A stretch of 64,000 bases of DNA from Nitrosomonadales bacterium (GCA_005240145.1 SBAS01000115.1:4188-68187), one strand, 5' to 3'; shown: positions 8,767 through 19,678, numbered from the stretch's first letter. Numbers and translations are program-made. The notes: a model not told the origin generated them from the sequence alone.

Positions 8767-9717
8767 TCATTCGGGTTGTATGCCGGCGAGTTTGACGAGC
8801 CTGGCCCAGTGCGCGATTTCGCTCAGGATGAATTTGCCGAGCTGTTCCGGGTTCATCGGCGCGACGTCGGTGCCGATGACCGCGAACTTGTCGAGGATTT
8901 CTTTTTTCCTTACCGCTTTCTGCGTGTTTTCAGAGAGCAAATTCACGATCTCCCTCGGCGTGCCGGCCGGCGCCACGAGCGCGAACCAGGCGATGAGCTC
9001 ATAGCCTTTCAACTCCTCGGCGATCGCCGGAACGTCCGGCGCAAGCGGCGTACGCGTGGCCGAAGTCACGGCCAACCCTTTCAGCTTGCCGCCCTTTTGC
9101 TGCGCCAGCGCGTTGCCCAGGTCGACGAACGTGAACGACAGCGTGCCGCCGAGGACATCGGTGACGGTCTGCGGGATTCCCTGGTAGGGGACTTCCAGCA
9201 CGTCCAGCTTGCCCATGGAATTGAGCATCGCGAGCGAAACCCGCGAGCCGGCGGAACCATGGCCCGAGGAGAGCTTGCCGGGCTTGGCGCGCGCGTCGGC
9301 GAGGAACTCCTTGAAGTTCCTGATCGGCGAGTCGGACTTCAGCATCAGCATGAACGAGGTGGTGCCGATGCGCGCCACCGGCGCGAAATCCTTCACCGGG
9401 TCGTAGGACAGTTTCTTGAACAGGCTCACGTTCGCCGCCTGCGGCGTGTTGGTGGTGACGAGCAGCGTGTAGCCGTCGGGCGCGGCCTTGGCTACGTCGG
9501 AGGCCCCGATCGCGCCCGAGGCGCCGGGCTTGTTCTCGACGACGAACGGCTGCTTGAGTTCTTCCTGCAGCTGCTGGCCGACGAGGCGCGCCACCTGGTC
9601 GGTCGCGCTGCCCGCCGGGAAAGGCACGACGAGCTTGACGGGCTTTGCAGGATAGCTTTGAGCAAGATTGCCACTCGAGAAGAGAACTCCTGCCATGACT
9701 GCGATCCACTTCTTCAT
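8767..9717 (-). CDS. Bug/TctC tripartite tricarboxylate transporter substrate-binding protein
   Basis: Signal peptide MKKWIAVMAGVLF followed by YPAKPVKLVVPFPAGSATD, VVENKPGASG, PDGYTLL; start ATG 9717 has a purine-rich RBS. Confidence 0.92.
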   Translation of the reverse strand: MKKWIAVMAGVLFSSGNLAQSYPAKPVKLVVPFPAGSATDQVARLVGQQLQEELKQPFVVENKPGASGAIGASDVAKAAPDGYTLLVTTNTPQAANVSLFKKLSYDPVKDFAPVARIGTTSFMLMLKSDSPIRNFKEFLADARAKPGKLSSGHGSAGSRVSLAMLNSMGKLDVLEVPYQGIPQTVTDVLGGTLSFTFVDLGNALAQQKGGKLKGLAVTSATRTPLAPDVPAIAEELKGYELIAWFALVAPAGTPREIVNLLSENTQKAVRKKEILDKFAVIGTDVAPMNPEQLGKFILSEIAHWARLVKLAGIQPE

Positions 9718-9728
9718 CGTTTTTCCCC

Positions 9729-11456
<1,728 letters not shown>

Positions 11457-11457
11457 C

Positions 11458-11730
11458 TTACTCCCCCTCCTCGAACTTGCTCGCGATCAGGTTCAGCAGC
11501 GCTGCGAGCGCCGCGTCGGCGTCCTCGCCGTCGGCATCGATGGTGATCGAGGCGCCCTTGCCCGCGGCGAGCATCATCACGCCCATGATGCTCTTGGCGT
11601 TGACCCTGCGGCCGTTGCGTGTCAGCCAGAGTTCGCACTTGTAGCTGCTCGCCACCTGGGTGAGCTTGGCCGAGGCCCTCGCGTGCAGGCCAAGCTTGTT
11701 GATGATCTGCGTTTCAGCGCGCGCCATCAC
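11458..11730 (-). CDS. ptsH: HPr/NPr phosphocarrier protein
   Basis: GLHARAS phospho-His motif and NAKSIMGVMML regulatory-Ser motif; 90 aa. Confidence 0.95.
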   Translation of the reverse strand: MMARAETQIINKLGLHARASAKLTQVASSYKCELWLTRNGRRVNAKSIMGVMMLAAGKGASITIDADGEDADAALAALLNLIASKFEEGE

Positions 11731-12164
11731 GGCCCCCGTGATCTGTCACCACGCCCTGCGTGGTCCTTCCCACAGGAATCCATGGTCATGTGTACCACGC
11801 CCTCGGTGCCGCCCGACAGCGCTTTCTCCACCACCACGAGCAGGCCCTGGTCGCGGTAGGTAAGCGCGCGGATCAGCATCGGCAGGTTGACGCCCGATAT
11901 CCCCTCCACGCGTCCTGCCACCAGCAGCTTGAGGGCGATGTTGCCCGGCGTCGCGCCATAGATGTCGGTGAGCACCAGCACGCCGTCGCCTTCGTCCAGC
12001 TGGCGTACCAGGTCCTTCGCCTGCGGCAGGATCGCCTCCGGATCGTCGTGCACCGTGACGCCGACCTGGCGCACGCGCAAGGGGCGCTTGCCGAGCACGT
12101 GGTTGGCCGAATGGATCAGCGCCTCGCCGAAGGCGCCGTGCGCGACGATCAGGATTCCAATCAT
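11727..12164 (-). CDS. PTS mannose/fructose-type EIIA component
   Basis: MIGILIVAHG, LTDIYGATP, GVNLPMLIRA; start ATG 12164 overlaps the gshB stop. Confidence 0.92.
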   Translation of the reverse strand: MIGILIVAHGAFGEALIHSANHVLGKRPLRVRQVGVTVHDDPEAILPQAKDLVRQLDEGDGVLVLTDIYGATPGNIALKLLVAGRVEGISGVNLPMLIRALTYRDQGLLVVVEKALSGGTEGVVHMTMDSCGKDHAGRGDRSRGP

Positions 12165-13111
12165 GGGGTTCTGGATTTGATTTCCTGTTCCAGCGCATTC
12201 AAAAACATTCCCGCAACATCGAATCCAGTCTGGTCCTGGATTTCGCGGAAGCAGGTCGGGCTGGTGACGTTCACCTCGGTGAGGTGCTCCCCGATCACGT
12301 CCAGCCCCACGAGGAGCAGCCCGCGCGCGGCGAGCACCGGCCCGAGCGTCTCGGCAATTTTGCGGTCGTGCGCCGAGAGCAGCTGTGCGATGCCGCGCCC
12401 GCCCGCGGCGAGGTTGGCGCGCGTCTCTCCCGGCCTGGCGATGCGCGCGAGCGCATGCGGCACCGGCTTGCCGCCGATCAGCAGCACGCGCTTGTCGCCC
12501 TTCGCGATGTCCGGAATGTAGCGCTGCGCCATGATCGAGCGCGCGCCGCCCTGTACCATGGTTTCGACGATGACGTAGCGGTTCGGGTCGCCCACGCGCA
12601 CGCGGAAGATGCTTTCCCCGCCCATGCCGTCGAGGCGCTTGAGGATCACGTCCTGGTGCTCGTCGATGAAGGCGTGCACGCGCTCCGGGTCGCTCGTGGC
12701 GAGCGTCGGCGCGACGAACTGGGCGAATTCGAGGATGCCGAGCTTCTCGTTGTGGTCGCGCACTGCGGCGGGCCGGTTGAACACGCACGCGCCCTCGCGC
12801 TCGGCCTGCTCCAGCAGCCAGGTCGCGGTGAGGTACTCGAGGTCGAAAGGCGGATCCTTGCGGTTGAGCACGGCGTCGAACGACGCGAGCGCAGCCTCCC
12901 GCGGTTCCTTTGCCCGGTACCAGTCGCCGTCGTTGCCGGTCAGTTCCAGCGCGCCGGCGAGCGCGAATACCCCGCCCTTTGAATAGAGGTCGCCCTGGCG
13001 GCAGGAAAAAACCTGGTGGCCACGCGCTTGCGCGGCGCGCATCATCGCGACGCTCGTGTCCTTGTAGCCCTTGATCTGCTCGAGCGGGTCGAGGACGAAG
13101 AGGAACTTCAT
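12161..13111 (-). CDS. gshB: Glutathione synthetase
   Basis: MKFLFVLDPL, KDTSVAMM, RKDPPFD, RDHNEK, GMGGESIF, RANLAAGG, EVNVTSPT; start ATG 13111. Confidence 0.96.
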   Translation of the reverse strand: MKFLFVLDPLEQIKGYKDTSVAMMRAAQARGHQVFSCRQGDLYSKGGVFALAGALELTGNDGDWYRAKEPREAALASFDAVLNRKDPPFDLEYLTATWLLEQAEREGACVFNRPAAVRDHNEKLGILEFAQFVAPTLATSDPERVHAFIDEHQDVILKRLDGMGGESIFRVRVGDPNRYVIVETMVQGGARSIMAQRYIPDIAKGDKRVLLIGGKPVPHALARIARPGETRANLAAGGRGIAQLLSAHDRKIAETLGPVLAARGLLLVGLDVIGEHLTEVNVTSPTCFREIQDQTGFDVAGMFLNALEQEIKSRTP

Positions 13112-13143
13112 ACCGCCGCGGTAGTTAAATGCCGGAACAAAAC

Positions 13144-13638
13144 CTACTTCTTGGGTGCGGCCGGTTCCTTCAGTTTGCCGCCGGCCTGGTTGGCCATCAA
13201 GACGACCGCGCTGGCGAGTTCCTGGTCCGTAAGGCTGGTGCCGGCACGCGGCGGCATCGCACCCTTGCCCTTGATGACCGCTTGCAGCATGCCATCGAGT
13301 CCCAGCTTGAGGCGCGGGGCCCAGGCCGCCTTGTCGCCCAGCTTGGGCGCGTTGGCGACGCCGGCCTGGTGGCAGGCTGCGCAGACTTCCTTGACGTTGT
13401 CTTCGGCGCTCTTCGCGGCTGCGGCACCTGCGGCGCCGAACTCCACTTTGCCGACCGGCTGGATGCGCGCGGCCACCGCCTCGGGCTTGAGCGCGGCGGG
13501 ATCGGCGCTCGGGCGGCTCAACACGAGCTGCACCGTCAGCACGATGCCAGCAATCGGCACCACGAAGGCCAGCAGCACGATCACGATCAGCTGCTGCGGA
13601 GTCTTGATGAAAGAGGAATGCTCGTCGTGCTCGGCCAT
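13144..13638 (-). CDS. Membrane-anchored cytochrome c5-family protein
   Basis: N-terminal TM helix, CAACH heme motif, APKLGDKAAWAPR, GKGAMPPR. Confidence 0.9.
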   Translation of the reverse strand: MAEHDEHSSFIKTPQQLIVIVLLAFVVPIAGIVLTVQLVLSRPSADPAALKPEAVAARIQPVGKVEFGAAGAAAAKSAEDNVKEVCAACHQAGVANAPKLGDKAAWAPRLKLGLDGMLQAVIKGKGAMPPRAGTSLTDQELASAVVLMANQAGGKLKEPAAPKK

Positions 13639-13705
13639 GCGGACGTCCCCGTGATTGGTACTGGTAAAATGCTGATTTTAGCGTGAAACTCGCAGTATCA
13701 GGGAT

Positions 13706-13782
13706 GCGCCCGTAGCTCAGCGGATTAGAGTATTGGCCTCCGAAGCCAAGGGTCGTGGGTTCGAATCCCGCCGGGCGCGCCA
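13706..13782 (+). tRNA. tRNA-Arg (anticodon CCG)
   Basis: Acceptor stem GCGCCCG/CGGGCGC, anticodon arm TTGGC-CTCCGAA-GCCAA, T-loop GTTCGAATC, encoded CCA end. Confidence 0.97.
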
Positions 13783-13806
13783 GATTTGCGGGATCACACG
13801 ACCCCC

Positions 13807-14874
13807 ATGAGCGAAACGCGAGAACTCGTCCGCGAGGCGGCAGAGCGGCTTTTTGAAAAGCATTGCGGCGCCGAGACTCTGCGGCGTGCCGATGGCGGTG
13901 AATTTCCGCAAGTGCTCTGGCGCGCGCTGACCGACGCCGGCTACACCGCCGCGCTGGTTCCCGAGAGCGCGGGCGGCGCCGGGCTGGAAATGTCCGATGC
14001 ACTATCGCTCCTTGTCAGCGCGGGCCGGCATGCGGTTCCGGCGCCGCTCGCCGAGACCATGCTCGCCGGCTGGCTGTTGTCGTCCGCCAATCTTGCGGTA
14101 CCCGATGGGCCGCTCACGGTCGCGCCGGTGCGTGAGGGAGGAAATGCGGGCGATACCCTGATCGCCAGGCGCGATGGCGCGGCCTGGCGCATCGATGGCA
14201 CCGCGCGCCGCGTTCCCTGGGCGCGCCAATGCGGCACGATCGCGGTGCTTGCCGAGAGCGGCGGGGAAAACCTCGTCGCGCTCGTCGCCGCTGCCGATTG
14301 CGAGATCAGGGACGGCCACAACCTGGCGGGCGAACCGCGCGATGACCTGGTCTTTGTCGGATCGAAATCGCTGCTGGCGGGCGTTTCACCGATTTCAACT
14401 GCTGGACTGCGCGCGCTCGGCGCGGTGATGCGCAGCGCGCAGATCGCGGGCGCGCTGCAAAGCGTGCTCGAGACGAGCGTGCAGTACGCGCGCGAGCGCG
14501 TGCAATTCGGGCGCCCGATCGGCCGCTTCCAGGCCATCCAGCAGAATCTCGCAGTGCTCGCCGGGCAGGCCGCAGCGGCGACCGCGGCGGCCGAGGCCGC
14601 CATCGAGGCGGCGCCGCAGGCCCTGGATTCCCCCGCTGTTGCGGCGGCGAAAATCCGCGCCGGCGAGGCGGCCGGCATTGGCGCAGCCATCGCCCACCAG
14701 GTGCATGGCGCGATCGGTTTCACGCAGGAGCACCGGCTGCACTACCTCACGCGCCGGCTGTGGTCCTGGCGCGACGAATTCGGCAACGAGGCGTACTGGG
14801 CGCGCCGCCTGGGCGGCGAGGTCGCGGCGGCGGGCGCCGATCGCCTCTGGCACAGCATCACCGCGGTGGGATAG
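13807..14874 (+). CDS. Acyl-CoA dehydrogenase-family protein (short, probably non-catalytic subunit)
   Basis: ACAD C-terminal motifs YARERVQFGRPIGRFQAIQ and HQVHGAIGFTQEH; start ATG 13807. Confidence 0.88.
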   Translation: MSETRELVREAAERLFEKHCGAETLRRADGGEFPQVLWRALTDAGYTAALVPESAGGAGLEMSDALSLLVSAGRHAVPAPLAETMLAGWLLSSANLAVPDGPLTVAPVREGGNAGDTLIARRDGAAWRIDGTARRVPWARQCGTIAVLAESGGENLVALVAAADCEIRDGHNLAGEPRDDLVFVGSKSLLAGVSPISTAGLRALGAVMRSAQIAGALQSVLETSVQYARERVQFGRPIGRFQAIQQNLAVLAGQAAAATAAAEAAIEAAPQALDSPAVAAAKIRAGEAAGIGAAIAHQVHGAIGFTQEHRLHYLTRRLWSWRDEFGNEAYWARRLGGEVAAAGADRLWHSITAVG

Positions 14875-14879
14875 CGCGC

Positions 14880-16040
14880 ATGGCGAGAATCGAAAACCTG
14901 GGATTTGCCGCGCCGCCGCCGTTCGCCGACGGCGAAGTACTGCGCGCCGAAGTGCGCGCCTTCCTCGCCGAACACCTGCCCAGGCGCGCCAGTACCCGGG
15001 GCGTGGGTTCCTGGGGCGGACACGATCGCGATTTCAGCCGCAAAATGGGCGCGCGCGGCTGGATCGGCATGACCTGGCCCAGGCGCTACGGCGGACACGA
15101 GCGCAGCGCGCTCGAGCGCTACGTGGTGCTCGAGGAGATGCTTGCCGCCGGTGCGCCGGTGACCGGCCACTGGGTGGCCGACCGGCAGAGCGGGCCGCTC
15201 CTCCTGCGCGTCGGTACTGAAGCGCAGAAGCAGGCGATCCTGCCGCGCATCGCGGCGGGCGAATGCGCGTTCTGTATCGGCATGAGCGAACCCGATTCGG
15301 GTTCGGACCTCGCCTCGGTGCGCACGCGCGCCGCTCCCGTCGCAGGCGGGTTCCGCGTCAACGGCACGAAACTCTGGACCTCCAACGCGCATTGTTCCGA
15401 GTACATGATCCTCCTCGCGCGCACCGGTGAAGCGGGCGAGCAGCGCCACGGCGGCCTCACCCAGTTCCTCGTCGACCTCAAGGCGACGCAGGGCATAGCG
15501 ATCCGCCCGGTGCACAACCTCGCGGGCGAACATCATTTCAACGAGGTCGTGTTCCAGGACGTTTTCCTGCCCGCCGCGAACGTGCTCGGCGAAGTGGGCA
15601 GCGGCTGGCAGCAGGTGACGAGCGAACTGGCCTTCGAGCGCTCCGGGCCGGAGCGCTTTCTTTCCTCGTTCTCGCTGTTGGTCGAACTGACGCGCGCGCT
15701 CGGCGCCGACCCTTCCGAGCGCGCACGCATCGCGCTCGGGCGCGTCGTCGCCCATATCATCACGCTGCGGCGCCTGTCACGTTCCGTCGCCGGCATGCTG
15801 CAGGCGGGCGCGAACCCGGCGCAGCAGGCGGCGCTCGTCAAGGACCTTGGCACCACGCTCGAGCAGGAAATTCCGGAGATCGCGCGCCAGCTGCTCGATG
15901 CGGAACCCGATCGCGCCTCGGCGCAGGACTTCGTCACGGTCCTCGCCCACACCATGATGAACGCGCCTTCCTTCAGCATTCGCGGCGGCACGCGCGAAAT
16001 CCTGCGCGGCATGATCGCGCGCGGCCTCGGCTTGCGCTGA
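14880..16040 (+). CDS. Acyl-CoA dehydrogenase-family protein
   Basis: IGMSEPDSGSDLAS, NGTKLWTSNA, FNEVVFQDV, LAFERSG, SIRGGTREI; start ATG 14880. Confidence 0.92.
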   Translation: MARIENLGFAAPPPFADGEVLRAEVRAFLAEHLPRRASTRGVGSWGGHDRDFSRKMGARGWIGMTWPRRYGGHERSALERYVVLEEMLAAGAPVTGHWVADRQSGPLLLRVGTEAQKQAILPRIAAGECAFCIGMSEPDSGSDLASVRTRAAPVAGGFRVNGTKLWTSNAHCSEYMILLARTGEAGEQRHGGLTQFLVDLKATQGIAIRPVHNLAGEHHFNEVVFQDVFLPAANVLGEVGSGWQQVTSELAFERSGPERFLSSFSLLVELTRALGADPSERARIALGRVVAHIITLRRLSRSVAGMLQAGANPAQQAALVKDLGTTLEQEIPEIARQLLDAEPDRASAQDFVTVLAHTMMNAPSFSIRGGTREILRGMIARGLGLR

Positions 16041-16070
16041 TTTGAGACCAGACGGGAGCAGAACCTCGCC

Positions 16071-16871
16071 ATGAACGCACCGCTCGACTACGCGCAGGAC
16101 GGCGCCATCGTCACGCTGACGCTGAACGCGCCCGAGATGCGCAACGCCATATCCGGCGACGACATGATCGACGCGCTCGAAGCCGCCTGCGACCGCCTCA
16201 ACGCCGACATGAGTGCGCGCGTCGCCATCCTCACCGGCGCGGGCAGCGCGTTCTCCTCGGGCGGCAACGTCAAGAAAATGCACGACGGCGGCGGCCTGGG
16301 CGGCGGCCTGCCGGCGCAGACGCGGCGCAACTACAAGCTCGGCATCCAGCGCATCCCGCTCGCTTTCGACCGGCTCGAAGTGCCGATCATCGCCGCGGTC
16401 AACGGACCGGCCATCGGCGCGGGCTGCGACCTCGCCTGCATGTGCGATATGCGCATCGCCGGCGAGAGTGCGCGCTTCGCCGAGAGTTTCGTCAAGCTCG
16501 GCATCATTCCCGGCGACGGCGGCGCGTGGCTGCTGCCGCGCGTGGTGGGCTATTCCAAGGCCTGCGAAATGGCGTTTACCGGCGACATGCTGGGAGCCGC
16601 GGAGGCGCTTGCCTGCGGCCTGGTCTCCAAAGTCGTGCCCGATGCCGAGTTGATGGCGGAGACGCGCAAGCTGGCCGAGCGCATCGCGGCCAATCCGCCG
16701 CACGCGGTGCGCATGACCAAGCGGCTGATCCGCGAAGGCCGGCACGTGCAGCTGGGGAGCCTGCTCGAACTGTCCGCGGCGATGCAATCGCTCGCGCACG
16801 CCACCGCCGACCACAAGGAGGCGGTGGCCGCGTTCCTCGAGAAAAGAAAACCGCAATTCGGCGGCACCTGA
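16071..16871 (+). CDS. Enoyl-CoA hydratase/isomerase (crotonase family)
   Basis: AFSSGGN, PIIAAVNGPAIGAGCDLA, ESFVKLGIIPGDGG. Confidence 0.93.
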   Translation: MNAPLDYAQDGAIVTLTLNAPEMRNAISGDDMIDALEAACDRLNADMSARVAILTGAGSAFSSGGNVKKMHDGGGLGGGLPAQTRRNYKLGIQRIPLAFDRLEVPIIAAVNGPAIGAGCDLACMCDMRIAGESARFAESFVKLGIIPGDGGAWLLPRVVGYSKACEMAFTGDMLGAAEALACGLVSKVVPDAELMAETRKLAERIAANPPHAVRMTKRLIREGRHVQLGSLLELSAAMQSLAHATADHKEAVAAFLEKRKPQFGGT

Positions 16872-16874
16872 GCC

Positions 16875-17774
16875 ATGGTGCGCTTGTGCGAAGGCAGGGT
16901 TGCGATCGTCACCGGCGCCGGGCGCGGCCTTGGCCGCGAGCACGCGCTGCTGCTCGCGGCGAACGGCGCCAAAGTGCTGGTCAACGACCTTGGCGCGAAC
17001 GTGGATGGCACGGGGCGCGACGCCTCGTTTGCGGCGCAGACGGTCGCCGACGTCAAGCAAGCCGGCGGCGAGGCGCTCGTCAACGGCGACGACGTCGGTT
17101 CCTGGGCGGGCGCGAAGCATATGATCGAGCACGCGCTCGAAGCCTTCGGCAGGCTCGACATCGTCGTCAACAACGCCGGCATCCTGCGCGACCGCATGCT
17201 CGTGAACATGAGCGAGGAAGAGTGGGATGCGGTGATCCAGGTGCACCTGAAGGGCACTTTCGCGCCTTCGCGGCACGCCGCCGCGCACTGGCGCGAACTG
17301 CACAAGAAAACCGGCGAACCGGTGATGGGCCGGATCATCAACACCACCTCGACCTCCGGCATCTACGGCAACGTCGGGCAGAGCAACTACGGCGCGGCGA
17401 AGGCGGGCATCGCCGCGTTCACCATCATCGCGGCGCGCGAACTGAAGCGCATCGGCGTCACGGTGAACGCGGTTTCGCCATCGGCGCAGACGCGCATGAC
17501 CGAGGGCCTGCGCGCGGTGAGCGACGAGCAGCGCGCCATGCGCGATCCGAAATGGGTTTCGCCCGTGGTCACCTACCTTGCGAGCGAGGTGGCGCAGGAC
17601 ATTACCGGCCGCGTCATCCAGGCCGGCGTCGGGCGTATCGCGGTGTGCGAGGGTTGGCGGCGCGGCGCTGAGGCGGCGCAGGTGGCCGATCCGGTCGAGG
17701 CCGGCCGGCTGCTGCGCGAAATGCTGCCGAAGGTGCGCCGCAACTCGGGCATGGACGGCATGGAACTGGATTGA
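16875..17774 (+). CDS. SDR oxidoreductase (MFE-2 / 3-hydroxyacyl-CoA dehydrogenase-like)
   Basis: TGAGRGLG, VLVNDLG, NNAGILRD, NYGAAKAG (YxxxK). Confidence 0.92.
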   Translation: MVRLCEGRVAIVTGAGRGLGREHALLLAANGAKVLVNDLGANVDGTGRDASFAAQTVADVKQAGGEALVNGDDVGSWAGAKHMIEHALEAFGRLDIVVNNAGILRDRMLVNMSEEEWDAVIQVHLKGTFAPSRHAAAHWRELHKKTGEPVMGRIINTTSTSGIYGNVGQSNYGAAKAGIAAFTIIAARELKRIGVTVNAVSPSAQTRMTEGLRAVSDEQRAMRDPKWVSPVVTYLASEVAQDITGRVIQAGVGRIAVCEGWRRGAEAAQVADPVEAGRLLREMLPKVRRNSGMDGMELD

Positions 17775-17781
17775 AGGCGAC

Positions 17782-18639
17782 ATGCCACTGAACTACGACC
17801 ACCTGATGGGGTTGAAGCGCGACGGCGATCGCTTCAGCTACACCGACCGCGAGACGATGCTCTACGCCATCGGCATCGGCATGGGCGCCGATCCGCTCGA
17901 CAGGAATGAGTTGCCGTTCGTGTTCGAGCAACCCTTGCTGAAAACGGTGCCCAGCATGGCGACGGTGCTCACGCGGGTACCGTTGCTGAAGGACTGCGGC
18001 TACGACTACACCAGGGTCGTGCATGGCGAGCAGGGCCTGACCCTGCACCGGACGTTGCCCGCCGAGGGCGAATTGATCGCGAGCGCGCGCGTCACCGCGG
18101 CCTACGACAAGGGCGACGGCAAGGGCGCGGTCATTTACACCGAGACGGTCGCGCGTTCGGCCGCGGACGGACAGGCGATGTTCACGCTGCGCTCGGTCAC
18201 GTTCGCGCGCGGCGACGGCGGTTTCGGCGCTCCGGCGGGCTCCGGTCCCGCGCCGCACGCGATCCCCGATCGAAAGCCCGATGCCACGGTCGCGCTCGCG
18301 ACGAGCAGGGACCAGGCGCTGCTCTATCGGCTGAACGGCGATCGCAATCCGCTGCACGCGGATCCGGAGCTCGCCCGGCGCGTCGGCTTCCCGGCGCCGA
18401 TCCTGCACGGCCTTTGCACCTACGGCGTGGCCTGCCGCGCGGTGCTGCAGGCGGTGGTCGCCTACGACCACACGCGCATTGCGCAGTTCAATGTGCGCTT
18501 TTCCGCGCCGGTCTATCCCGGCGAAACGATCGCGACCGACCTCTGGGTTGATGGCACAATGGTTTCCTTCCGCTGCCGCATCCCGCTGCGCGACAATGTC
18601 GTCGTCATCAATAACGGCAAATGTTTGCTTGCCTCATGA
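17782..18639 (+). CDS. MaoC-type (R)-specific enoyl-CoA hydratase, double hot-dog fold
   Basis: VVHGEQ, YRLNGDRNPLHADP hydratase-2 motif, ILHGLCTYG; start ATG 17782. Confidence 0.92.
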   Translation: MPLNYDHLMGLKRDGDRFSYTDRETMLYAIGIGMGADPLDRNELPFVFEQPLLKTVPSMATVLTRVPLLKDCGYDYTRVVHGEQGLTLHRTLPAEGELIASARVTAAYDKGDGKGAVIYTETVARSAADGQAMFTLRSVTFARGDGGFGAPAGSGPAPHAIPDRKPDATVALATSRDQALLYRLNGDRNPLHADPELARRVGFPAPILHGLCTYGVACRAVLQAVVAYDHTRIAQFNVRFSAPVYPGETIATDLWVDGTMVSFRCRIPLRDNVVVINNGKCLLAS

Positions 18640-18650
18640 GAGGGGTTGAA

Positions 18651-19616
18651 ATGTCGAATCGATTTATCCTTACCTTACTCGCCTTGCTGCTGTCGGGCGG
18701 CGCGCAGGCGCAGTACCCGAACCGCAACGTCACCATGCTCGTGCCCTACGCGGCCGGCGGACCGACCGATACCGTGGCGCGCGTCACGGCCCAGGCCATG
18801 GGCAAGCCGCTAGGCCAGACCATCGTGGTCGAGAACCGGCCAAGCGCGGGCGGCATCCTCGCCCCGGAGACGATCAAGAATGCCAAGCCCGACGGCTACA
18901 ACATCCTGATCCACCACATCGGCATGGCCACCACGCCGGCGCTATACCGGCAGCTGCGCTTCAACCCGCTCGCCGATTTCGACTACATCGGCCTCATCAA
19001 CGACGTGCCGATGACGATCATCGCGCGGCAGAATATCCCCGCCAAGGATTTCAAGGAGTTCCTCGCCTACATCAAGGCCAACAAGGACAAGGTCAGCTAT
19101 GCCAACGCGGGCATCGGCGCGGCTTCGCACCTGTGCGGCATGCTGTTCATGAGCGCGATCCAGACCGACGTGCTGACCGTGCCGTACAAGGGCACTGCGC
19201 CGGCGATGAACGACCTGCTGGGCGGCACCGTGGACTTCATGTGCGACCAGACCACCAATACCACCACGCAGATCAAGGCCGGCAAGGTGAAGGTGTACGG
19301 CGTGACCTCGGCCAAGCGCGTACCGTCGCTGCCGGAGGTGCCGACGATGATCGAGCAGGGGCTGAAGGACTTCGAGGTCGGCATCTGGCACGCCTTGTAC
19401 GCACCGAAGGGCACGCCGAAGGACGTGATCGACAAGCTGGTCGCCGCGCTGCAGGTCGCGGTCAAGGACGCGGACGTCAACAAGCGCTTCGCCGACCTGG
19501 GCGCCACCGCCTATCCGGCCGACAAGGCGACGCCCGCCGCGCTGCAGGCGCACCTCAAGGCCGAGATCGACAAGTGGGGGCCGATCATCAAGAAGGCCGG
19601 CGTATATGCGGACTAA
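18651..19616 (+). CDS. Bug/TctC substrate-binding protein
   Basis: Signal peptide, VPYAAGGPTD, VVENRPSAGG, VPYKGTAPAMNDLLGG. Confidence 0.92.
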   Translation: MSNRFILTLLALLLSGGAQAQYPNRNVTMLVPYAAGGPTDTVARVTAQAMGKPLGQTIVVENRPSAGGILAPETIKNAKPDGYNILIHHIGMATTPALYRQLRFNPLADFDYIGLINDVPMTIIARQNIPAKDFKEFLAYIKANKDKVSYANAGIGAASHLCGMLFMSAIQTDVLTVPYKGTAPAMNDLLGGTVDFMCDQTTNTTTQIKAGKVKVYGVTSAKRVPSLPEVPTMIEQGLKDFEVGIWHALYAPKGTPKDVIDKLVAALQVAVKDADVNKRFADLGATAYPADKATPAALQAHLKAEIDKWGPIIKKAGVYAD

Positions 19617-19646
19617 ATGCGCCGGCTGAACTGCAGGACCGAAATG

Positions 19647-19676
19647 AAGAAGGGGAGCTTTCGCTCCCCTTTTTTT
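19647..19676. terminator. Probable bidirectional Rho-independent terminator
   Basis: AGGGGAGC-TTTC-GCTCCCCT hairpin followed by a T-run on + and by TTCTTC on -, between convergent genes ending at 19616 and 19679. Confidence 0.85.
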
Positions 19677-19678
19677 AT

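Noticed and set aside
13706-13830. tRNA-Arg(CCG) as an integration site for the downstream acyl-CoA cassette
   Set aside because: No integrase and no second copy of the tRNA 3' end were found in the window, and composition matches the host.
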